In this document: positions 57,655 to 64,000 of the stretch, in pieces
Position numbering within the stretch: position 1 is the first letter of the stretch
How the letters are laid out: each line of letters opens with the position of its first letter
From: Thermoanaerobaculia bacterium
GTDB lineage: Bacteria; Acidobacteriota; Thermoanaerobaculia; Gp7-AA8
DNA length: 64,000 nucleotides
Assembly: GCA_038244815.1 (NCBI GenBank)
Contig: JBBRTB010000005.1
Location: 16,387 to 80,386, forward strand
Reading direction: 5' to 3'
Notes under the pieces: model-generated
The model's input: only the letters and a program-made list of their open reading frames with translations
Told to the model about the DNA's origin: nothing
Databases searched by the model: none
Translations under genes and position numbers: made by a program

Positions 57655-58739
57655 GAGACGATGCGCTTCACTCCTTCATCGAACACGCCGGGGTCGGTCA
57701 GAAGTGAGACCACGACGAATCCCTCGCGATCGAAGTCAAAGAAGTATCCGGGATGGACGACCACTCCTCGATCGAGAAGCGCCACGGCCGGGTCCTCGTC
57801 CGTGCGCGGCATCTGCAACACCGCCGACCATCCTCCCTCGACCGGCAGCAGCGTGAACCGCGGCGGCAGCGCGCGGCGCAGCGCGTCGAGGTTGCGCCTG
57901 GTGCGGGCGCGAATCTCGTCGCGCACGCGGTGGCCGATTCGCAGCAGGTCGGGAAGGGCCTGCTGCACGGGAGTGGCCACGGAGAGGAAGTTGTCGGCGA
58001 TGAGCTCGAGGGCGGCGACGGCGCGATCCTTCCGCGGCCCGCTGACGCGAATCCAGCCGAGCTTGTAGTGCGGCAGTCCGGCCGACTTCGACAATCCTCC
58101 CATCGTGAACGTGAGCACATCTTCGCGCGCGATCGACTGACGCATGCCGTCATCGAGCGGGTAATCGAAGAACACCTCGTCGGAGAGAATCGGCAGTCCC
58201 AGCGATGCCAGGGCGTCCTGTTCGTCACCGCGCAGGTACGATCCGGTGGGGTTGTTCGGGTTGACGACCACGACCGCTTTCGTGCGCGCCGTGACGGCCT
58301 CGCGTGCGCGACCGGCCTGCCATTCCCAGCGCCGGTGAAACTCCAGAGGAAAGAGCTGCAGCTCGACGAGCTCGAGCCCTGCAAGATGTTCGAGCAGGGG
58401 ATATGAAGGTGTCGCGGTGAGCACCCCGTCGCCGGGATCGCAGAGCAGCTTGAACAGAAATGAATACGCCTCGCTCGTCGAGGCGGTGATGACGATGTCC
58501 GCCGGATCGCAATCCATTTCGAGTGCGGCCGCTTCGCGTGCGGTCGGGATTCCCAGCGGCTGCGGGTCGTATGGCGCCCGCGATGCGCGTTCCATGGCAT
58601 CCGCGAGCTCGTCCAGTGGATAGGGGAGGCCCACGGCGGTCGGGTTCGACACCGTGAGATCGAGGAGGCCGCTTCGCCGGCGTCGTTCCTCGGTGAAGCG
58701 ATTGACGGCGGCGTCCCAGGCGGCGCGACTGGAAAACAT
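57651..58739 (-). CDS. Class I/II PLP-dependent aminotransferase (AlaA-like)
   Basis: ATG at 58739 gives MFSSRAAW...LLDLTVSNPT, ...TASTSEAYSFLFKLLCDPGD.VLTATPSYPLLEH..., and ...GGLSKSAGLPHYKLGW, which holds the PLP lysine. The ORF-track extension to 59159 overlaps the upstream gene out of frame. Confidence 0.85.
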   Translation of the reverse strand: MFSSRAAWDAAVNRFTEERRRRSGLLDLTVSNPTAVGLPYPLDELADAMERASRAPYDPQPLGIPTAREAAALEMDCDPADIVITASTSEAYSFLFKLLCDPGDGVLTATPSYPLLEHLAGLELVELQLFPLEFHRRWEWQAGRAREAVTARTKAVVVVNPNNPTGSYLRGDEQDALASLGLPILSDEVFFDYPLDDGMRQSIAREDVLTFTMGGLSKSAGLPHYKLGWIRVSGPRKDRAVAALELIADNFLSVATPVQQALPDLLRIGHRVRDEIRARTRRNLDALRRALPPRFTLLPVEGGWSAVLQMPRTDEDPAVALLDRGVVVHPGYFFDFDREGFVVVSLLTDPGVFDEGVKRIVS

Positions 58740-58743
58740 TGGA

Positions 58744-59790
58744 CTACGACCCCCCGCAAGACATCCTCGCCGCCCCCTGCGCCCTGGCCATCTCATCGCG
58801 ATCATGGCCGCGCGTCGCCGGCACATCCTCGAGGGCGCGGTTCCAGGTGGCCAGGGCGTCCTTGCAGGCGCCGCGGGCGAGCTGGATGCGCGCCAGCGTG
58901 TCCAGACGCATCCAGGCATCGGGCGCCGGCGCGTCGACGGCGCGGTGAGCGAGCTGCTCCGCTTCGTCGAAACGCTTCTGTTGATAGAGGAGCCAGGCCA
59001 GATTGTTGAGCGCATCCGCCGAGGCCGGGTCGATTGCCAGCGCCTTGCGAAAGGCATCCTCGGCCATGGCCCCTTCGCCGAGCTCGACCTCCGCGTTGCC
59101 GAGGTTGGTCCAGGCCAGGGTGGAGTCGGGGTGCGCGGAGAGGATGGCCCGATAGGCATCCGCCGCCTCGGCCACCTTGCCGGCGTCCTCCAGTGCCACG
59201 GCCGCGCGCAGTGCGTCGGCGGACGGATCCTTCGGCCCGATCACGATCTGGGCGTGTCCTCCGCCCTTCCAGGCGCTCTCCAGACGGTCGAAGTTCACCC
59301 ATCGGGCCTTGCGATCGCCGAACTGCACACGCACGAGGTGCGCGGCGGTGTCGATGCCGTCGAGGACCACGTAGTGAAAGAAATCGTATTCCTTGCCGGG
59401 CGCCTGGATGACCTGGAGCATCAGGATCACCGGATGTCCGTCCAGGAGCTCGCGCTCGACGGTGGCGCGGTCGCCGGTGATGAGGCGAGCGTCGAAGCCT
59501 TTCTGACGTGCCGCCAGCACGAGGTCGATCGATAGCACGCCGCCGTGAGTCTTCGGCAGCGTGCGATCCCATTCGTCCATCGACGTGGCATCGCCGTAGT
59601 GTTCGAGGACCGTCGACAGCGAACCGGCGCCGCACGATTCGATGCTCCACTTCTGCAGCGGGACATTGGGGATGACGGTGGCCGTCGACGTGGGCCGTTT
59701 CGACATCGGCGTCCAGTAGACGCAGGAAAGGGTCAGAAGGCAGAAAGAAAAAGGCAGAAAGATTCGAAGCGGCCGTTTCACGGTCCGCAT
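58744..59790 (-). CDS. Exported papain-fold (peptidase C39-like) cysteine peptidase fused to TPR repeats (PA2778-like architecture)
   Basis: Signal LRIFLPFSFCLLTLSC. The candidate catalytic Cys lies in WSIESCGAGSLSTVLEHYG and the His in DFFHYVVLDG. The C-terminus has TPR repeats (AYRAILSAHPDSTLAWTNLGNAEVELGEGAMAEDAFRKALAIDPASADALNNLAWLLYQQKRFDEAE). Confidence 0.75.
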   Translation of the reverse strand: MRTVKRPLRIFLPFSFCLLTLSCVYWTPMSKRPTSTATVIPNVPLQKWSIESCGAGSLSTVLEHYGDATSMDEWDRTLPKTHGGVLSIDLVLAARQKGFDARLITGDRATVERELLDGHPVILMLQVIQAPGKEYDFFHYVVLDGIDTAAHLVRVQFGDRKARWVNFDRLESAWKGGGHAQIVIGPKDPSADALRAAVALEDAGKVAEAADAYRAILSAHPDSTLAWTNLGNAEVELGEGAMAEDAFRKALAIDPASADALNNLAWLLYQQKRFDEAEQLAHRAVDAPAPDAWMRLDTLARIQLARGACKDALATWNRALEDVPATRGHDRDEMARAQGAARMSCGGS

Positions 59791-59829
59791 TCTATTTCTG
59801 CCTTCCTCTTCTGCCTTCTGCTTTTGCAG

Positions 59830-60201
59830 CTACTTCAGGGCAACGACCAGAATCAGTGCGGCCAGCGCGCCGATACCGATCCAGATCCATTCCTGCTGCG
59901 TGAGGCCGGCGGCCTGAAGCTGATCGAGGTTACGGGCCAGCTGGTGAAGGTCCTGGCTGGACATCTGCGCCAGCTTCTGATTGACCTGCTCCTGCGTGAA
60001 GCCGCGCGAGGCCAGCACGGCGGCGACGGTGGAGTCTGTGGCCACGTCACGCACGAGTGAAAGATCAGCGGCACGGGCATCGAGACTCTGGTTTGTGGCC
60101 GTCTTCGACGGCGTGGTCAGAGCAAACGATGGAATGGCGGTGAACACCAGAAGGAGCGTGAGAACGACCAGAATCGACTTGGAAGAACGCATCAATGACA
60201 A
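59830..60201 (-). CDS. Small protein with a signal peptide and a C-terminal TM anchor (PA2779-like), paralogue 2
   Basis: 123 aa. Signal SILVVLTLLLVFTAIPSFA, conserved core DLSLVRDVA....VAAVLASRGFTQEQVNQKLAQMSSQDLHQLARNLDQLQAAGL, and a C-terminal helix WIWIGIGALAALILVVAL. Confidence 0.7.
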   Translation of the reverse strand: MSLMRSSKSILVVLTLLLVFTAIPSFALTTPSKTATNQSLDARAADLSLVRDVATDSTVAAVLASRGFTQEQVNQKLAQMSSQDLHQLARNLDQLQAAGLTQQEWIWIGIGALAALILVVALK

Positions 60202-60209
60202 CCTCCACT

Positions 60210-60575
60210 CTATTTAGTTAAAGCCACGACGAGGATCAGTGCCGCCAGCGCACCGATTCCGATGTAGATCCACTCCTGCCGGGTCAGACCGGCTGCCTGG
60301 AGCTGGTCGAGATTCTGCGAGAGCTGATGAAGGTCCTGGGGCGACAGCTGTGCGAGCTTCTGATTGACCTGCGACTGATCGAAACCATGGGCGGCGAGAA
60401 CCGCGGCAACCTGCTCGTTCGCGGCGATATCGCGGACGAGGGCCAGATCTGCTGTGCGCGAGTTCAGGCTCTGATTGGCGGCCGTCTTCGAAGGTGCGGG
60501 GCCGGCGAACGCGGGAATCGCGGCAAACACAACGACCAGGGCGAGAACGAAGAGCAACGACTTCGGGGAGCGCAT
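60210..60575 (-). CDS. Small protein with a signal peptide and a C-terminal TM anchor (PA2779-like), paralogue 1
   Basis: 121 aa, about 70 percent identical by eye to the downstream paralogue (DLALVRDIAANEQVAAVLAAHGFDQSQVNQKLAQLSPQDLHQLSQNLDQLQAAGL...WIYIGIGALAALILVVAL). The two genes are 8 nt apart. Confidence 0.7.
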   Translation of the reverse strand: MRSPKSLLFVLALVVVFAAIPAFAGPAPSKTAANQSLNSRTADLALVRDIAANEQVAAVLAAHGFDQSQVNQKLAQLSPQDLHQLSQNLDQLQAAGLTRQEWIYIGIGALAALILVVALTK

Positions 60576-60684
60576 AAAGGTACTTCCTCCTATTCACTCA
60601 GTGCCGGCGCTTGGGGCCGCTGCGCGGTCCCTGGCGACGGCTTCTGCCCTCCCGGCAGCAAGGAGAGTGCCGAGTGGGTGAATC

Positions 60685-60742
60685 GGTGCTGGGTGCTGGG
60701 TGCACCCAGCACCCAGCACCGAGTACCCAGCACCCAGCACCG
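60685..60742. repeat. Perfect 36-bp palindrome built from GGTGCTG heptamers, plus three further CCCAGCA-type units
   Basis: GGTGCTGGGTGCTGGGTGCACCCAGCACCCAGCACC (60685-60720) equals its own reverse complement. It is followed by GAGTACCCAGCACCCAGCACCG. It lies between a divergent gene pair (60575 minus, relA 60793 plus). Confidence 0.95.
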
Positions 60743-60792
60743 GGCTCCGAGGAGCGGGAACTTGGTACGATGAATCGCCGTTGAACACGCCG

Positions 60793-62967
60793 ATGATCCG
60801 CTTTGAAGACATTCTCGACCGCGTCGAGTCCTATAAGCCGGACTTCGACGAAGAGCTCCTTCAGAAAGCGTACATCTTTTCGGCGAGGGAGCACCGGGAT
60901 CAGGTGCGGAGCTCCGGGGAGCCGTATCTGGTCCACCCCCTCAACGTGGCCTTCATCCTCGCCGACATGCACCTCGACGAGACCTCCATCGCCGTCGGCC
61001 TGCTGCACGACGTGCTCGAGGACACCCTGACCACCAAGGAGAAGCTGCACGAGGTGTTTGGCGTCGACGTGGCCGAACTCGTCGACGGCGTGACGAAAAT
61101 CTCCCGCTACGCCTACGTGTCGAAGGAAGAGCAGCAGGCGGAGACGTTCCGCAAGATGCTGCTGGCGATGGTCTCGGACCTGCGCGTGGTGCTGGTCAAG
61201 CTCGCCGACCGCCTTCACAACATGCGCACCCTCGAGTTCCTGGCCGAGGACCGGCGGCTGGCCATCGCGAAAGAGACCATGGAGATCTACGCCCCCATCG
61301 CCAACCGTCTGGGCATGGGCAAGATCAAGCACGAGCTGGAGGACCTCTCGTTCCGCCATCTGCATCCGCGTGAATACGAAGAGTTGAACAAGGCGGTCAG
61401 CGAGAAGATGGCGGTATCGGGCGACGTGGTCGACCGCATCAAGGCCACGCTCACCCTCAAACTCGGGGAGAACGATCTGGAGGGGGACGTCACTGGCCGG
61501 GTGAAGTCCATGTTCTCGATCTGGTCCAAGATGCAGCGCCAGGAAATCGATATCGGCCAGCTCTACGATTATCTGGCCTTCCGCATCACCACCCCCAGCG
61601 TCAAAGACTGTTACGCGTGCCTGGGCATCATCCATCAGATGTGGCGGCCGGTTCCTGGACGGATCAAGGACTACATCGCCATGCCCAAGCCGAACTTCTA
61701 CCAGTCGCTGCACACGACGGTGGTCGCCGAGCGCGGACAGCCGTTCGAGGTGCAGATCCGCACGAGGGAGATGGACCTGGTGGCCGAGCAGGGCATCGCC
61801 GCGCACTGGAAGTACAAGGAAGGGCGTGTCGGTGCGTCGAACGACGACGCCAATTTCCTCTGGCTGCGCCAGCTCGTGGAGTGGCAGCACGACATCAAGG
61901 ATCCGCGGGTCTTCATGAACTCGCTCAAGATCGACCTCTATCCGGACGAGGTCTACACGTTCACGCCGAAGGGATCGGTCTTCGCCTTTCCGCGCGGAGC
62001 GACGCCGCTGGACTTCGCCTACCGCATTCACACGGACGTGGGGCATCGCTGCGTCGGCGCGCGGATCAACGGAAAGCTGATGCCGCTGCGCACGCCTCTC
62101 AAGAACGGCGACATCGTGGAGATTCTCACCGGCGCCTCCCAGACGCCGTCCCGCGAGTGGGTGAACATGGTGGTGACCTCGCGGGCGCGGCACAAGATCC
62201 GGCACTGGCTCAACCTCGAGCAGAAGAACCGCTCCATCGAGCTGGGGCGGAAGCTCGTGGAGAAGGAAGCGAAGAAGTACAAGGTGGGGTGGCGCAAGCT
62301 CATCGCCGAGAACGCGCTGGACGGCGTGCTGCACGAGTACGGGCTCTCCCGTATCGATGACCTCTACGCCGATGTCGGCTACGGGAAGGTGTCCCCGCGC
62401 TCGCTCGTCGAGCGCTTCATCAGCGACGAGCAGAAGGAAAAGGGGCCCACCGACCAGAGCGTGCTCGAGGCCGCGGTCCGGAAGATCTTCCCGTTCACCT
62501 CATCGCCGGGCGCCATCAAGGTCAAGGGCTACGACGACCTCATGACCTACCTGGCCAAGTGCTGCCGTCCCCTGCCCGGCGAGAAGATCATCGGATACAT
62601 CACGCGCGGCAAGGGTGTGGCCGTGCACAGCGCGAATTGTCCGAATGTCCGAAATCTGATGTTCAACCCCGATCGCGAGATCGCCGTGGAGTGGGCCAGC
62701 CAGCCGACATCGAACTTCCAGGTGGAGCTGGAGATCCATTCCGAGGATCGTCAGGGCATCCTGGCCCGGGTGGTGTCGACCATCGCGAACCTCAAGACGA
62801 ACATCCGCCAGATGGAGACCCGGACCGGAGAGGGCAGGGCCACCACGGAGCTGGTGCTGGAGATTTCCGACCTCAAGCACCTGGAGAAGGTGACGAGGTC
62901 GCTGTCGAATGTCGACGGAGTGCTGAAAGTGGACCGTAAGTACAACATCCGGCACGCCACCGCCTGA
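60793..62967 (+). CDS. relA: Bifunctional (p)ppGpp synthetase/hydrolase RelA/SpoT family
   Basis: ATG at 60793. HD domain: HRDQVRSSGEPYLVHPLNVAFILADMHLD...GLLHDVLEDT. Synthetase domain: RVKSMFSIWSKMQRQ...DYLAFRI...YQSLHTTV. TGS and ACT regions are also present. The upstream extension of the ORF runs through the palindromic repeat. Confidence 0.95.
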   Translation: MIRFEDILDRVESYKPDFDEELLQKAYIFSAREHRDQVRSSGEPYLVHPLNVAFILADMHLDETSIAVGLLHDVLEDTLTTKEKLHEVFGVDVAELVDGVTKISRYAYVSKEEQQAETFRKMLLAMVSDLRVVLVKLADRLHNMRTLEFLAEDRRLAIAKETMEIYAPIANRLGMGKIKHELEDLSFRHLHPREYEELNKAVSEKMAVSGDVVDRIKATLTLKLGENDLEGDVTGRVKSMFSIWSKMQRQEIDIGQLYDYLAFRITTPSVKDCYACLGIIHQMWRPVPGRIKDYIAMPKPNFYQSLHTTVVAERGQPFEVQIRTREMDLVAEQGIAAHWKYKEGRVGASNDDANFLWLRQLVEWQHDIKDPRVFMNSLKIDLYPDEVYTFTPKGSVFAFPRGATPLDFAYRIHTDVGHRCVGARINGKLMPLRTPLKNGDIVEILTGASQTPSREWVNMVVTSRARHKIRHWLNLEQKNRSIELGRKLVEKEAKKYKVGWRKLIAENALDGVLHEYGLSRIDDLYADVGYGKVSPRSLVERFISDEQKEKGPTDQSVLEAAVRKIFPFTSSPGAIKVKGYDDLMTYLAKCCRPLPGEKIIGYITRGKGVAVHSANCPNVRNLMFNPDREIAVEWASQPTSNFQVELEIHSEDRQGILARVVSTIANLKTNIRQMETRTGEGRATTELVLEISDLKHLEKVTRSLSNVDGVLKVDRKYNIRHATA

Positions 62968-62982
62968 GAGAACTGGAGAATC

Positions 62983-63004
62983 CGAGATTGGCTGACCAAT
63001 CTCG
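62983..63004. terminator. Hairpin between convergent relA and rpmB (possible bidirectional terminator)
   Basis: CGAGATTGG-CTGA-CCAATCTCG, a 9-bp perfect stem. No clear U-tract on either strand. Confidence 0.4.
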
Positions 63005-63025
63005 AATCCCCGATCCCGGCGAGCG

Positions 63026-63220
63026 TCAGCGAGCCGCTTTTCTGACCTTCCCGGTGCGGATGCAGCGGGTACAGACGTTCATCCGTTTCACGGCGGTGCC
63101 GACCTGAACGCGGACGCGCTGCAGGTTCGGCATCCAGCGCCGGCCGGAGACGTTGTGAGCATGGCTCACCTTGTTTCCAAACACCGGGGCTTTGCCGCAG
63201 ACTTCACACATCTTTGCCAT
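63026..63220 (-). CDS. rpmB: 50S ribosomal protein L28
   Basis: 64 aa. [38 protein letters not shown] is the L28 signature. Confidence 0.95.
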   Translation of the reverse strand: MAKMCEVCGKAPVFGNKVSHAHNVSGRRWMPNLQRVRVQVGTAVKRMNVCTRCIRTGKVRKAAR

Positions 63221-63349
63221 TTTGGGAACTCCCTCAAATAATCGGAAAGGGGTGGATTCTAACCACCGGTTGGGTTCCGCGCAACCGCCGGAAGGGCCAA
63301 AATGCCTCCAAACGCGCGTGATCGTTTCACTTATCTAAATCCTGTAGAG

Positions 63350-63378
63350 TTGACACCGCTAATTAAACGTTGTAATTT
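63350..63378 (+). promoter_or_regulatory. Candidate sigma-70 promoter for pilM
   Basis: TTGACA (63350-63355), a 17-nt spacer, then TAATTT (63373-63378), in an unusually AT-rich stretch 60 nt upstream of the pilM GTG. Confidence 0.4.
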
Positions 63379-63437
63379 CGCATCACCTTTCTACATCCTG
63401 GAGCCACGAGAAGTCAGTGAGATCGGTGGGGTGAGCG

Positions 63438-64000
63438 GTGTTCTTCTCAAAGAGCAAAAATGTGGTCGGTCTTGATATCGGCTCCTCAGCAATCAAGCTT
63501 GTCGAGCTGAAGGAGAAGAAGGGCGGCACGTATCAACTCGTCAAAATGGGAGTTGAGCGCCTTTCTCCCGAAGCCATCGTCGACGGTTCGATCATGGACT
63601 CGTCGATGGTGGTGGAGACGATCTCGCGGCTGAACAGCGAAAAAGGCGTCAAGAATTCCAATTACGCCACCTCGCTGTCGGGCCATTCGGTCATCATCAA
63701 AAAGATCAGTCTGCCGGCCATGTCGCCGGAAGAGCTCGCCGAATCGATCCAGTGGGAAGCGGAGCAATACATCCCATTCGATATCAACGACGTCAACCTC
63801 GACTACGTGCCGCTGTCCTCGCCGGGCACGGGTGAAAACATCGAGGTGATCCTGGTCGCGGTGAAAAAAGAAAAGATCAATGACTATACGTCGGTGATCA
63901 GCCAGACCGGCAAGGTGCCCGTGCTCGTGGACGTGGATGCCTTCGCGCTGCAGAACTGCTACGAGATGAACAACGATGTGAACGAGAACCGGGTGCTCGC
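63438..64000 (+). CDS. pilM: Type IV pilus assembly protein PilM (5' part; continues beyond the window)
   Basis: GTG at 63438 follows an in-frame TGA. The translation VFFSKSKNVVGLDIGSSAIKLVELKEKKGGTYQLVKMG...SVIIKKISLPAMSPEELAESIQWEAEQYIPFDINDVNLDY is the PilM actin-like ATPase pattern. It is absent from the ORF track because no stop codon falls in the window. Confidence 0.9.
   Translation, partial: MFFSKSKNVVGLDIGSSAIKLVELKEKKGGTYQLVKMGVERLSPEAIVDGSIMDSSMVVETISRLNSEKGVKNSNYATSLSGHSVIIKKISLPAMSPEELAESIQWEAEQYIPFDINDVNLDYVPLSSPGTGENIEVILVAVKKEKINDYTSVISQTGKVPVLVDVDAFALQNCYEMNNDVNENRVL

Noticed and set aside
60598-62334. 578-aa minus-strand ORF opposite relA/spoT
   Set aside because: Shadow frame. 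The relA/spoT HD, synthetase, TGS and ACT regions on the plus strand are unambiguous.

Overview
High-GC (roughly two-thirds G+C by eye), gene-dense bacterial chromosomal segment. The gene content (several ECF sigma/anti-sigma pairs, DUF4388 proteins, CarboxypepD_reg-like secreted proteins, a reaction-centre-type cytochrome c domain) fits an Acidobacteriota-like or similar Gram-negative soil lineage, but that is inference only. I saw no rRNA, tRNA, CRISPR array, transposase, integrase or prophage. Recognisable housekeeping genes: serS, a long-chain acyl-CoA ligase plus fadJ-like enzyme, a 1621-aa NAD-glutamate dehydrogenase, ahcY, sdhCAB, relA/spoT, rpmB and a partial pilM. Most long ORFs in the six-frame track are GC-driven shadow frames of these genes and were discarded. 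Items worth a second look: (1) 11.4-22.3 kb holds two adjacent 'regulator + small exported peptide + ABC transporter' modules. Their regulators, a membrane-less zinc-finger anti-sigma factor and an XRE-HTH protein, share one homologous helical-repeat sensor domain of about 350 aa. This is my best candidate for an undescribed system. (2) A tightly coupled operon encodes a cell-wall amidase, a MamK-like actin, an alpha/beta hydrolase and a zinc-ribbon Ser/Thr kinase. (3) A family of intergenic 6-8 bp tandem-repeat arrays (GGTCCTC, GGGTCGT, GGGTCGCT, GGTGCTG, GGTTACC, GCTAACC) is often paired with its reverse complement to give long hairpins or G-run tracts. (4) A C39-like peptidase-TPR gene is preceded by two tandem paralogous small proteins, each with a signal peptide and a C-terminal anchor, and a 26-nt inverted repeat encloses its RBS and start codon. 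(5) A 1092-aa collagen-like fibre protein contains five near-identical 225-bp repeats and sits next to an orphan YD/RHS fragment. All functional calls rest on motif recognition by eye. No database search was possible.
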